This document shows positions 44,950 through 54,127 of a DNA stretch of 64,000 nt, in pieces (position 1 is the stretch's first letter; the number at the start of each line of letters is the position of its first letter). This DNA is from an uncultured Candidatus Peribacteria bacterium (GTDB lineage Bacteria; Patescibacteriota; Gracilibacteria; 1-14-2-50-48-13). Made by a program: the position numbers and the translations under genes. The DNA lies in NCBI GenBank assembly GCA_964349065.1, contig CAYGEY010000001.1, positions 4,261 to 68,260 of the forward strand. The letters run 5' to 3'. The notes below the pieces were generated by a model that worked only from the letters and a program-made list of their open reading frames with translations, made no database searches and was not told where the DNA came from.

Positions 44950-45946
44950 AGACGACATACTCCCCACCCTCAAAAATAACTTCCCCATCAACCAATATTT
45001 GATCAGCATCCACAAACACATCAATATGATACCGACCATGCTTTTTATTAAACCCGGGCTTTTTAAAAATACTATGCTTCCCCCCAAGAGATAAATGTAA
45101 TCCTGTCATACGTTCACATGCAGTAATATCATCGAGCAAACGTCCTTTGCGAATTGCAGGATTCATCCCAAGCCCAAACTCTCGAACATACACTGATTCA
45201 GTTTCTTTGATGAGAGCAATAATCTCAAGAAACTCATTTGGTGCATCCTTCCCGGCAGACAAAATCCCATCTTTTACTATCACTTCAAACGGCTCGTATG
45301 TACGGACCACATGATCCATGCCTGCGAAAGCAAATATGAGTGCCGATCCATTCACTCTTGAAAGTTCTGTAGATTCAGTAAATATTTCCCCTATCGGAAA
45401 CGTCCCCCCGACATTTTTTGTGTTTCGATAATCACCAATATTGAGCTTTGGCTCTTCAAATGGTACATCATAGACTAATGAAAGATCCTTGCACTTTACC
45501 TCAGTCCTTTTTCCCTCTTCTAATTTCCCCAAAACACTCTGCCCCAACCTATGAAAAAACAAAGGATCATATTTAAGGGCCTCAATATACGTACCCCATT
45601 GATCCTGGGGCATTCGTCCCAAATGAGTATGCTCGATAGTTTTCAGCCCCATTCGAAACAAAAAAATCCGAATACGAAAATCGTCCAACCGGAAATTACT
45701 CGATTGCACCAACACAACTAGATCTCCGGGAGAAAGTTTCTCAAACTCTACAGAGATATCCTCTTTATTCAATCCTTCAATATCCAAAAACTTTGCATCC
45801 GGGAGTGCAATTCTGTATCCTTCAGTGATAATCTTTGTTAATTCCGCTTCATCATCAAAAATCACTAATGCTTTTCCAGTATGTAAAATAGCCCTTTCAA
45901 GAGTCTGAGATAGGGCTTCATACGCCTGTTGATGCAATTGTTCCAT
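44948..45946 (-). CDS. M29 (aminopeptidase T/S)-like protein
   Basis: First ATG at 45946. The C-terminal ...LHLSLGGKHS...HGRYHIDVFVDADQILVDGEVIFEGGEYV resembles the C-terminal metal-site region of M29 aminopeptidases. Moderate support only. Confidence 0.4.
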   Translation of the reverse strand: MEQLHQQAYEALSQTLERAILHTGKALVIFDDEAELTKIITEGYRIALPDAKFLDIEGLNKEDISVEFEKLSPGDLVVLVQSSNFRLDDFRIRIFLFRMGLKTIEHTHLGRMPQDQWGTYIEALKYDPLFFHRLGQSVLGKLEEGKRTEVKCKDLSLVYDVPFEEPKLNIGDYRNTKNVGGTFPIGEIFTESTELSRVNGSALIFAFAGMDHVVRTYEPFEVIVKDGILSAGKDAPNEFLEIIALIKETESVYVREFGLGMNPAIRKGRLLDDITACERMTGLHLSLGGKHSIFKKPGFNKKHGRYHIDVFVDADQILVDGEVIFEGGEYVV

Positions 45947-46018
45947 ATAACTCAAAATTTTGATTTAAATTACCAATTCATGTATAATATACCGATATAA
46001 AAAATAATCACAAACCAA

Positions 46019-47437
46019 ATGAGACCAAATCCAAAAGTACTTTCAGCCACGTTAGCTGGACTATTACTTATTCTGGGAATGAGTTTTTCTTCAATAAGTA
46101 AAGATGCATCCAAATATGTCCAAGCTGCTACGATAAACACAAAACCCGGAACTATCAAACCGGTTACGAAACCTACAACAAATGTAATATCTGGGACAGA
46201 ACTTGGAGAGACCTTTAAAGTATGTAACAATTCAACTAAAATAACACCTACAAAATCCTCAACAATCAAAGTATTTTCCTCGTTACCAACAATCACTTAC
46301 AGCACAATTGCAAGCGCTTTAGATGCGGCAGAAAAAAGTAAAAAATCTATTGTAACAATCTCCATTTGCGAAGGTACATACACCGAAGACATAGAGATAA
46401 GCACAACAAAAAATGTGACATTCAAAGGTGAAGGGAAAGGAGTTACTATTAAGGGAACTGGTGATAAATATAGTATTTTTACTATCCAAAATGCATGTGG
46501 TTCAACTGATGCATTTTGTTACGGTAAAACGAATTTTGAGAATATTTCTCTAACGAAAGGAACAGCGCTTGCCACAGGCACTATAAAAACCATACCAAAA
46601 ACAACTAAGACAACAAAGACAACTGATGAAAGAACTGTTGTAAAAGAGTATCCAAAAACCGGTATTATGATTGATAGCCCGGGATGGTGCAATACTGAAC
46701 CTTGTTCAATTGATACAGCATATCTTAATATAAAAAAAGGTACCTTTAGCGGACTTAATAATGCGATTTATGTAAGAGGAAAGGTAGAAGTTACCGTTGA
46801 TGGAAGCACATTCACAAACTTCCGAGGAGACTCGAAAGGAGTAGAAACCTCAGTAATACACGCCAATAGTGGTGGTGAAATCTCCGTAGCATCAGGCACT
46901 GCCGCAGAAACATGCGATTATTCGCTTAGTCCATTGATCACTCTCAAAAACGTATCTATGTACAATAATTCAGCTGGGATTGGTGCACTGTTTTTATCTG
47001 AAGGTTCAAGAATAATTCTCGATGGAGCAAAAATTTACAAAAACAAAGGTGCAATGCTTGGATATATCAATTCATGTAGTACTATCACTCTTACAAATAA
47101 AACAGAGTGGTACAGCAATACACCGACAAGTAATAGCTTGGCTTTATCAGGAGATTCTGAAGCTGTTATTGAGAATTCCACATTAAAAGATAATACCTCA
47201 GGTTGGTACGGTGCTGCACTTATGGGAGGTAGAAAAGTTACAATCTCAGGAAGTACATTCAGCAATAACAAGTCAGATAAAACTGGAGGTGCTTTATATT
47301 TCTCAGGGACATCGCTCACCAGCACAGGATCAATATGGTCAGGAAACTCACCGGACGATGTATTTCACAAAACTGAGAATAAAGCATATACATTTGGAAC
47401 AAGCGACTTTAGTTGTGATACGAGCGGGTGTAGATAA
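46019..47437 (+). CDS. secreted right-handed beta-helix protein with Pmp-type (GGA(I/L/V) / FxxN) repeats
   Basis: N-terminal anchor; FSNNKSDKTGGALYFSG, NTSGWYGAALMGG and NNSAGIGALFLSEG repeats. TGTATAAT -10 region at 45981-45988. Confidence 0.6.
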   Translation: MRPNPKVLSATLAGLLLILGMSFSSISKDASKYVQAATINTKPGTIKPVTKPTTNVISGTELGETFKVCNNSTKITPTKSSTIKVFSSLPTITYSTIASALDAAEKSKKSIVTISICEGTYTEDIEISTTKNVTFKGEGKGVTIKGTGDKYSIFTIQNACGSTDAFCYGKTNFENISLTKGTALATGTIKTIPKTTKTTKTTDERTVVKEYPKTGIMIDSPGWCNTEPCSIDTAYLNIKKGTFSGLNNAIYVRGKVEVTVDGSTFTNFRGDSKGVETSVIHANSGGEISVASGTAAETCDYSLSPLITLKNVSMYNNSAGIGALFLSEGSRIILDGAKIYKNKGAMLGYINSCSTITLTNKTEWYSNTPTSNSLALSGDSEAVIENSTLKDNTSGWYGAALMGGRKVTISGSTFSNNKSDKTGGALYFSGTSLTSTGSIWSGNSPDDVFHKTENKAYTFGTSDFSCDTSGCR

Positions 47438-47439
47438 AA

Positions 47440-48759
47440 CTACACTCCGACCTTCTCTTTCACCTCAATCGTCTGACTCCCCCGCCTCACATCTCGATCA
47501 TCAGGACTTAAGTCTGAATGTAGTAAAAGCTGAGGGAACTCCGCCTGTAATAAATGATGCATTTGATGGATCACTGCTCGCACTGTCGGATGCACTGTGC
47601 GCCCACTTCGAAGCTCAATCATATACTGCAATCCCGGCAGACCATACGTCCCCCGTACCCATACATTAAATCCCATTGCGACATAGTATTGTTTTATTTC
47701 CAAAGAACAATCGAGTGTATCAATCATCGCTTTTTGCTCGATGATAAGTTTCTCAGCCATTATCCTTGTTCCTTCAGGAAGCTGACTCAAATACCACTCA
47801 CTAAATCCATGTTCAGTGGTCAAAAGTGGCATGCGGCAGACACCATTTCGATGCCGTTGCAAATCTCGAAATGATCCGAAATCAATTTTATATGTATATT
47901 GCACATCCCCAAGTTCACGCATAGAACCAGGCAACATACATTTACGCGGCCTACTTGAAATAGTGTCTTGATACTGGGCTAATTCCTCTGAACTAATATT
48001 TGTAGAGAATATCATATCCTCAGGTATAACTTTCGGCACAAAGTATGTATGTTCCTCAGCCATTGCTTTGGCATATGTATCTTCAACCTCAGTTGATTCA
48101 AAACAGAAACTACTTTGATATTTTTCTCGCAGTAGTTGAAGTAATTCTTCAGCCAAATTAGAAATCTCCGGCAATGGATGCCACCTCATTTGCGATAATT
48201 TATCCCACGCTTGCCGCAAATTCGTATGCCAACTGAGCTGTGTTGTAACCCCTGCCGGGAGAAATCCTCGCATAATATCAAAAGCCCAAGCCGCAAGAGC
48301 GCGTTCATACATACCCTCCTTTTCAGCCTCTGTTCGAGGACACGTCACCCTCAAATGTGCTTTCACGTTCTCCATCTGACTACAATAAAATGACATCCAC
48401 CGCTCCATAATCGTATTAGAAATCGGCGTATTCAGTGGGTCGACAATTGCCTGCTTTGCATAATCAATATACCTCGAGCTCGTCTCCTGACCACAATAAA
48501 GAGGATTGTCCTGAACAGCCTTTGCTGCAAGCATACTCACACCCTCAATGAAGAGAGTTGTAGAGCCACAATCTGCAATACTTTTATGCCCATACCCAAC
48601 ATAGAACTGCGCCATAAACTTCCCAGATCCCACTTCTCTGACTTTCTTCGCATGTTCCTCAGCGCTCTGACTACTGCGTGAATACAAAGCTTGCATCATC
48701 GCAAGATCCTCAGGCGAGAATTCATCATATAAAAAGATGCGGGGATTTGGGGTGGTCAT
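47440..48759 (-). CDS. ThyX-like protein with two tandem Thy1-like halves
   Basis: The N-terminal half GYGHKSIADCGSTTLFIEGVSMLAAKAVQDNPLYCGQETSSRYIDY parallels gHgS..E...f.iegvSr...q..RHR..s.sqqSqRY but lacks RHR. The C-terminal half contains DLQRHRNG. Confidence 0.5.
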   Translation of the reverse strand: MTTPNPRIFLYDEFSPEDLAMMQALYSRSSQSAEEHAKKVREVGSGKFMAQFYVGYGHKSIADCGSTTLFIEGVSMLAAKAVQDNPLYCGQETSSRYIDYAKQAIVDPLNTPISNTIMERWMSFYCSQMENVKAHLRVTCPRTEAEKEGMYERALAAWAFDIMRGFLPAGVTTQLSWHTNLRQAWDKLSQMRWHPLPEISNLAEELLQLLREKYQSSFCFESTEVEDTYAKAMAEEHTYFVPKVIPEDMIFSTNISSEELAQYQDTISSRPRKCMLPGSMRELGDVQYTYKIDFGSFRDLQRHRNGVCRMPLLTTEHGFSEWYLSQLPEGTRIMAEKLIIEQKAMIDTLDCSLEIKQYYVAMGFNVWVRGTYGLPGLQYMIELRSGRTVHPTVRAVIHQMHHLLQAEFPQLLLHSDLSPDDRDVRRGSQTIEVKEKVGV

Positions 48760-48835
48760 TGGTGTTTTTTATAAAAGTAACATATAGAAATAATCACTAT
48801 GACAAATCAATGTCAATGAGGGTGTGGAAGAGTGG

Positions 48836-48863
48836 TTGACAAATCATATATATTTGTTAAAAT
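48836..48863 (+). promoter_or_regulatory. putative promoter of the 699-aa gene
   Basis: TTGACA (48836-48841), a 16-nt spacer, then TAAAAT (48858-48863). It lies inside the track's GTG-started ORF, arguing for the ATG at 48889 as the start. Confidence 0.45.
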
Positions 48864-48888
48864 AAGCTATAAATTTTACTGCCAACAA

Positions 48889-50988
48889 ATGCTCTTCTCA
48901 ATGAAAAGAGTGCCTTCGATATTATCTAACACAAAACCTAAAGAAAAGGCTGTTATTCAACAATCACCTATTTCAAATTTTTCAGAAACTTTAAAAACAT
49001 ATTTTGCACCAAGACTGATTAATTCTGACACATATGTTCAAGTGCAACCGGAGAAGAAAATAGACACACCAATTAAATTCACATCAAATAATCATGCACT
49101 TTGGTTAGGCAAGTTTCCTAACTCAATGAAAAAACGGAAAGGAAAAGAAGGGATATATTCTAAAACTCTTTTTCAAGCAGGTCTAACATATCTGAAACAA
49201 CACATCACTAATCATGAAGATTGTGTTGTAATTATAAGTAGTTCTCTCAGTGAGATTATGAATGGGAAAGATGATGTGAAAGGATCTCTAACAGAAGAAG
49301 AAGCTAAGCTTACTTTAAAAACACTCTGGAAAAATATAGGGAAAGATCCTAAAAGTCTTACAGTTCATACCTTAGAAGAGCTCCACCCACATCTATTTTC
49401 TGAGCTAAGAAAACATTCTACGAATACCGGCACGGATTTATTTGCAGTATTTGCAGGCGATCCTCCTGAAACTTTATCTATTTCCGATGATAACCTAAGC
49501 TTTAAAATTGCCCATCTATTATTTCATGCAACTCAACAGGACCTATTTTTTCAAGGACTTTTTACTAATATGGTGCCTGAAAAAATAAAACATGATCTTG
49601 GCCCGCTCTTAGAACAAAGTTCTTCCGGTTATTATGGACTTATTGAAATTGCATGTCGATTAGCGGAGATTGCACAGGGACGGATTTATAATGGAGGTGC
49701 GGATAGGCAGAAACGTTATGACAATATTATCACAGCTATTTTATCAAGAAGTAATCAGAAGAAATGGAACACAGCATATAAAATGCTTTCGCCAATTCGA
49801 GATCTCATTGAAAATTATTCAACCTCTAATATTCGAAAAGACTTTTATATACTCGAAAAAGAAAATCCATATGAGAAGAAACATAATCTCATAACAAAAA
49901 CAACACGAATAGCCCTTACCTCACTCCTTGGTGGAACTCTACTAACCGGTGTATATTTTCAAGGTCGAAAGGATGCCATCACAGAAGAATCAAAACTAAG
50001 CACTGCCATGATGGATGATGCTATTAATAAATATAAATATGCACATATCAGTGCCTCCGGATTTACCTATGCGTCAGACATAAGTTTTGCAATTAAATCT
50101 ATCGAAGTTGAAAATCTAACCAAACAAATGGTTCAAGAATGTATTGCAATATACCATATACAGAAATCACAACGTGAAACAGCATCAATGCTATTAGATG
50201 CAATGATCAGACAATATATTCAAAGGTACCCTATTCTTTCGGCAGTCATGAAAGACACTACCAGTTCAAGACATTCACACCTTTTTAAAATAATCGAAGA
50301 AAACAGAACAACATTTTTAAATCACAATATTTATTTAGAGAATCCATTTGAAAGTTTTTTGCCTTATCTTGATGAGATTATTCATATTGACTATAAAAAA
50401 GAGACAGAAATTCCAAATACATCATCTGAAATACAAAACCGTGGTCTTAAATTGATTGGCCAATTTATAAAAGGAGATGAAAATCATAGTATATCTACAA
50501 CAATAGACGGAAAAACAATCTATAAAGAGATTCATAAATTTAGAAAAAACAATCTATATCGTGATAAAACAGGAAAGTATTATTCATCATTAGAAGAGGA
50601 TGATTCATTACTAACTACCCTTTCTACCATATTTGTATTTGATTATTTGATAGATGATATCAATGCCTATGATTTGAGATTCTTTACAAAAGAAATGGAA
50701 AGCCAAATGGTTGATTTTCAAAGTAAAGCAGAAGATTTACCTCAGATAAAAAAAACATGGAAAGATATGCAATACTACAATAATAAGATAATTTCTTTCA
50801 ATGATACATTTGGCACATTCTCATACGAACTTGCATTTTATGAATATTATGATGAAAAAAAGTCACCCAATAGAGTACTCTTATCTCGAAAAAAAGGTGA
50901 ATCAGAATTTCAATTAAAATTAACACTTGAAGTGTATAAACAGTATATGAAACACAATTCTACCAGAGTAAGCTATTATGGACCTTAA
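48889..50988 (+). CDS. orphan 699-aa protein with one central TM helix
   Basis: Long ORF; ATG at 48889 (or 48901). TM helix IALTSLLGGTLLTGVYF mid-protein. No confident family. Confidence 0.55.
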   Translation: MLFSMKRVPSILSNTKPKEKAVIQQSPISNFSETLKTYFAPRLINSDTYVQVQPEKKIDTPIKFTSNNHALWLGKFPNSMKKRKGKEGIYSKTLFQAGLTYLKQHITNHEDCVVIISSSLSEIMNGKDDVKGSLTEEEAKLTLKTLWKNIGKDPKSLTVHTLEELHPHLFSELRKHSTNTGTDLFAVFAGDPPETLSISDDNLSFKIAHLLFHATQQDLFFQGLFTNMVPEKIKHDLGPLLEQSSSGYYGLIEIACRLAEIAQGRIYNGGADRQKRYDNIITAILSRSNQKKWNTAYKMLSPIRDLIENYSTSNIRKDFYILEKENPYEKKHNLITKTTRIALTSLLGGTLLTGVYFQGRKDAITEESKLSTAMMDDAINKYKYAHISASGFTYASDISFAIKSIEVENLTKQMVQECIAIYHIQKSQRETASMLLDAMIRQYIQRYPILSAVMKDTTSSRHSHLFKIIEENRTTFLNHNIYLENPFESFLPYLDEIIHIDYKKETEIPNTSSEIQNRGLKLIGQFIKGDENHSISTTIDGKTIYKEIHKFRKNNLYRDKTGKYYSSLEEDDSLLTTLSTIFVFDYLIDDINAYDLRFFTKEMESQMVDFQSKAEDLPQIKKTWKDMQYYNNKIISFNDTFGTFSYELAFYEYYDEKKSPNRVLLSRKKGESEFQLKLTLEVYKQYMKHNSTRVSYYGP

Positions 50989-51710
50989 GAAAACATTTCC
51001 CAATTCATTTCAAACATTTGCCTCTGCATACTGGCAACTAATGGATTAGAAATACGAATCCCTCGAATCTCATGTTTCGTATCAAAGAAACAGATTTTTT
51101 GGTTATAAAGGAAACATGCACTTTCAAACATAAATTTCTCCGGCAGAAGGATCGTTTTTCTTAAATTAGTCTTATCTTTTTTCTGGAAATCACGAGCCTC
51201 AGGGGTATCTTGCATAAGTAACCTTACAGTAATGCCTTTCTTTACACGCCTTTTTGTCCACTGCATTTCGTATTCAGGCTCAAATACATGTAAGAAAGTA
51301 TCAAGATGTACCCATACAAGGATTTCCTTAGGTTCTTCTCTCAGTTGTTCCTCATACATTTCTCTTACACCTTCCTTTCCAACATAATAATGAAGCCCAA
51401 TTCCCTCGCCTTTTTGCATTGACGTAAGATCATCTACGAGTTGAGTTGCAAGTCCTAATTGTTGTTTTTTTGTATGAATCAATTTACTCACATCATCCAC
51501 AACATAGAAAGTATCTTTCCCCTGTTGAAAACGAATTATGTAATTTTGCTTTAAAAGGCTTTCCAGCACATCATACATGGTTGTACGATTAATATGTGTG
51601 ATACGTGCAATTGTTGAGCTTGCCGCAGCACCTATAGTATTGAGCGCAACATAAACTTTTGCCTCCTTTTCTGAGAAGCCAAGTAATTGAAGTGATTGTT
51701 CTGTATGCAT
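50985..51710 (-). CDS. TrmB family transcriptional regulator
   Basis: First ATG at 51710: MHTEQSLQLLGFSEKEAKVYVALNTIGAAASSTIARITHINRTTMYDVLESLLKQNYI (TrmB wHTH). Confidence 0.75.
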   Translation of the reverse strand: MHTEQSLQLLGFSEKEAKVYVALNTIGAAASSTIARITHINRTTMYDVLESLLKQNYIIRFQQGKDTFYVVDDVSKLIHTKKQQLGLATQLVDDLTSMQKGEGIGLHYYVGKEGVREMYEEQLREEPKEILVWVHLDTFLHVFEPEYEMQWTKRRVKKGITVRLLMQDTPEARDFQKKDKTNLRKTILLPEKFMFESACFLYNQKICFFDTKHEIRGIRISNPLVASMQRQMFEMNWEMFS

Positions 51711-51731
51711 AAATCGTATTAGTGTCGAAGG

Positions 51732-51837
51732 ATTTCCACACAAATATTATACAACATATATTGATAAATTGTCAAAAAACTATTACATTAAAGTCAAATA
51801 AAGTTAAGAAAAATAAATTCCGCATTAGTGTGGAAAT
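51732..51837. promoter_or_regulatory. divergent overlapping promoters plus a pair of inverted 10-nt motifs (candidate TrmB operators)
   Basis: Minus strand: TTGACA (51770-75), 18-nt spacer, TATAAT (51746-51). Plus strand: TTGATA (51761-66), 17-nt spacer, TACATT (51784-89). ATTTCCACAC (51732-41) and GTGTGGAAAT (51828-37) put the same motif in both 5' leaders. Confidence 0.5.
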
Positions 51838-51861
51838 AAATCGACAAAAAGGAGAAAGTAA

Positions 51862-52452
51862 ATGTTACGCAGTATCATTCTCAGTCTATGTATCCTCTCT
51901 GGAGTATTTGTTTCAGGAGCCTCCGCCCAAGAAACATATAGATTCGGAAGTCTGGATTCAAATATTGTATTTCGCATTACTGCTCCACTAAACAATGGAG
52001 ACAGTATTAGTTTTACAAACCTGAATCTGTTTCGTGGCCCAAAACCTTCAAGCACGTACCTATATGCGCACTACAACTTTAAATTGGGAGATATCACAGT
52101 TTCCCCTGGTATTGGAATAAGTGCCGATGGATATGAACAAGGTTATAGCCCGATTCTCTCTGCAAGAGTTTTTGGAAAACTTGGCCCAGTTTTCTTACTG
52201 GGACAGGCAGATGGGTATTTACTTCCATCTGGGAAACTTAGTGGACTCTTGGTTGCGTATGCTAGTTGGAAACCGTTTGACGGGATCCCACTACATATTG
52301 GAAGCGAAAACGCACTCACGGAAAGGATGGCATACCTTGGCCCAGAAATCGGGTATACAATAGGCTCCGTAAGCCTTGTGTACCAACATGTCTTTGGGGT
52401 CTGGAACTTTCCTCAAAACAATCCACGTTTGATTATGCGGATTGTGATGTAA
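51862..52452 (+). CDS. secreted beta-strand-rich protein (small beta-barrel-like)
   Basis: Strong SD AAAGGAGAAAGTAAATG; signal peptide MLRSIILSLCILSGVFVSGASA; about 10-12 amphipathic alternating strands (e.g. TYLYAHYNFKLG, ITVSPGIGISAD, LSGLLVAYASWKP, VSLVYQHVFGV). Confidence 0.5.
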   Translation: MLRSIILSLCILSGVFVSGASAQETYRFGSLDSNIVFRITAPLNNGDSISFTNLNLFRGPKPSSTYLYAHYNFKLGDITVSPGIGISADGYEQGYSPILSARVFGKLGPVFLLGQADGYLLPSGKLSGLLVAYASWKPFDGIPLHIGSENALTERMAYLGPEIGYTIGSVSLVYQHVFGVWNFPQNNPRLIMRIVM

Positions 52453-52492
52453 ATATGGTATCTTACCCGAAAACAAGGGTAAGATACCATAT
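52453..52492 (+). promoter_or_regulatory. perfect 16-bp intercistronic hairpin (no T-tract)
   Basis: ATATGGTATCTTACCC-gaaaacaa-GGGTAAGATACCATAT begins 1 nt after the stop at 52452 and ends 36 nt before the radical SAM start. Confidence 0.6.
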
Positions 52493-52528
52493 CAATAAGA
52501 TATTTGAAATAAAGGAGAAAAAACCATA

Positions 52529-53920
52529 ATGATAAGCATAGATTTTGTGTATGCTCCATCCAAGGACAAAAACGAAAATTGGTCGATGGAGGCACCATTA
52601 GGTCCACTTGCTGTAATTTCTTCATTGCCGCAAGATCTACGAAAAAATGTGAGATTTCTCGATAGTACGATCTTAACAACAACAGAAATTAAACAGTCGT
52701 TAATCCAAAGAAAGGCAGATGTTGTTGCATTTAGTTGTACAACATTTAACTATGAAAAATCTCTTGATCTTGCTGATATTGCGAAGAAAAACGGCTCAAC
52801 GACAGTATTTGGAGGAATCCATATTACTTACCGTTGGACTCAAATTTTAGCAAAGATGTTAGCTGGAAAACGTCCAATTAACTTTCTTATCCCAAATTTT
52901 GGAGAACCTACATTTTATCCACTGATCAGATCAATTCTTGGAGAAATACCAATAACTGATGTTCCGGGAATAATGTATATAAATAATGGAAAATCAATTA
53001 TCCAAAATCCAAAAAAAGTGAGCCGAAGAGAGGATCCTCTTCAAGAACCATTAGATTTTAGTCTCATTGATTTTCCTTCATATCATAAAAAGTATGTAGG
53101 AATAGGTAATCTAAAAAATGTCTCAGCGCCTAGTAGCACCTATACAGAACGTGGCTGTGCTTATTCTGGCGCTGTAAAATGCACTTTTTGTTCAATTGAA
53201 GAAATTAATCAGAAACGATCGGCACGTTTAGTTTCTGCGGATGTGAAAACATTAGTAGAGACATATCATGCAGATCACATCAGGATTAATGATGGAGATT
53301 TTACTGCCAGTTTATCACATATGAAAAATATGGCTGTAGCAATAAAAACTGCTGTTTCAGATTTTGAAAATCCGCCTAGCTTCTATTGTTTTACACGAGC
53401 AGACGAATTGAATATTGAACGAATAGAAATTTTAAAAAGTTTCAATGTTTGTTCTGTATTCATTGGATATGAATCCGGAAGCAAGGAAATGTTAAAAGCA
53501 ATGCACAAAAACACAACACCCGAACAAAATCTGCAGGCAACAATATTACTCAAAGATTATAATATTGATGTGGCTTGTGCGGGTTTAGTCTTGGGTGGAG
53601 TTGGTGAAAACCAAAAAACCTTAGATGAAACCCTAAACTTTGTCCAAGAGTTATCACTTGTGAAAAATACAGTTTCGTTGGTGGCAACACCACTTATTCC
53701 TCTGCCGGGAGCACCTGATTTTAACAATCTCATTAAAACTATTAAAATCCATAATCCAAGTAGGGGTATTGAGTTAGAAAACGAAGATATATTTGACTTA
53801 CGAGAATTGATCGAACTGTGGAATAGACATTTCTGTTCTACGAGTTTATCAAATGTTATACAAGTTTCAAAACAAATCGAAGAAATTTTTCCCATTGGGA
53901 TAAGATTTCTTAAAATGTGA
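52529..53920 (+). CDS. B12-binding-domain radical SAM protein (class B-like) with atypical Cys spacing
   Basis: SD AAAGGAG. N-terminal ADVVAFSCTTFNYEKSLDLADIAKKNGSTTVFGGIH (cobalamin-binding-like). The cluster motif ERGCAYSGAVKCTFCS is CX7CX2C rather than CX3CX2C. Confidence 0.7.
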   Translation: MISIDFVYAPSKDKNENWSMEAPLGPLAVISSLPQDLRKNVRFLDSTILTTTEIKQSLIQRKADVVAFSCTTFNYEKSLDLADIAKKNGSTTVFGGIHITYRWTQILAKMLAGKRPINFLIPNFGEPTFYPLIRSILGEIPITDVPGIMYINNGKSIIQNPKKVSRREDPLQEPLDFSLIDFPSYHKKYVGIGNLKNVSAPSSTYTERGCAYSGAVKCTFCSIEEINQKRSARLVSADVKTLVETYHADHIRINDGDFTASLSHMKNMAVAIKTAVSDFENPPSFYCFTRADELNIERIEILKSFNVCSVFIGYESGSKEMLKAMHKNTTPEQNLQATILLKDYNIDVACAGLVLGGVGENQKTLDETLNFVQELSLVKNTVSLVATPLIPLPGAPDFNNLIKTIKIHNPSRGIELENEDIFDLRELIELWNRHFCSTSLSNVIQVSKQIEEIFPIGIRFLKM

Positions 53921-53934
53921 ATTTTGGAAACTAC

Positions 53935-53964
53935 ACAGCGACTAGCAATAGTCGCTGTTTTTTT
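53935..53964 (+). terminator. rho-independent terminator after the radical SAM gene
   Basis: ACAGCGACTA-gcaa-TAGTCGCTGT followed by a T7 run. Confidence 0.7.
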
Positions 53965-54127
53965 ATTATTTTTTACTATTCTCATTAAATATCAATGAGT
54001 TTCACTATTATTTAAATTTCCGAAACGGATATTTCCCAATACCTGTATTTATCTATTACTATACTGTATACTTTTACCATATCAGATATTTTTGCATTTC
54101 AAAAGAAATGTCCTAAACACCATAAAC

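Noticed and set aside
45970-46296. A 108-aa minus-strand ORF overlapping the start of the Pmp-like gene.
   Set aside because: It overlaps a plus-strand gene with a promoter, signal anchor and repeat motifs. Its hydrophobic, low-complexity product is a likely shadow ORF.
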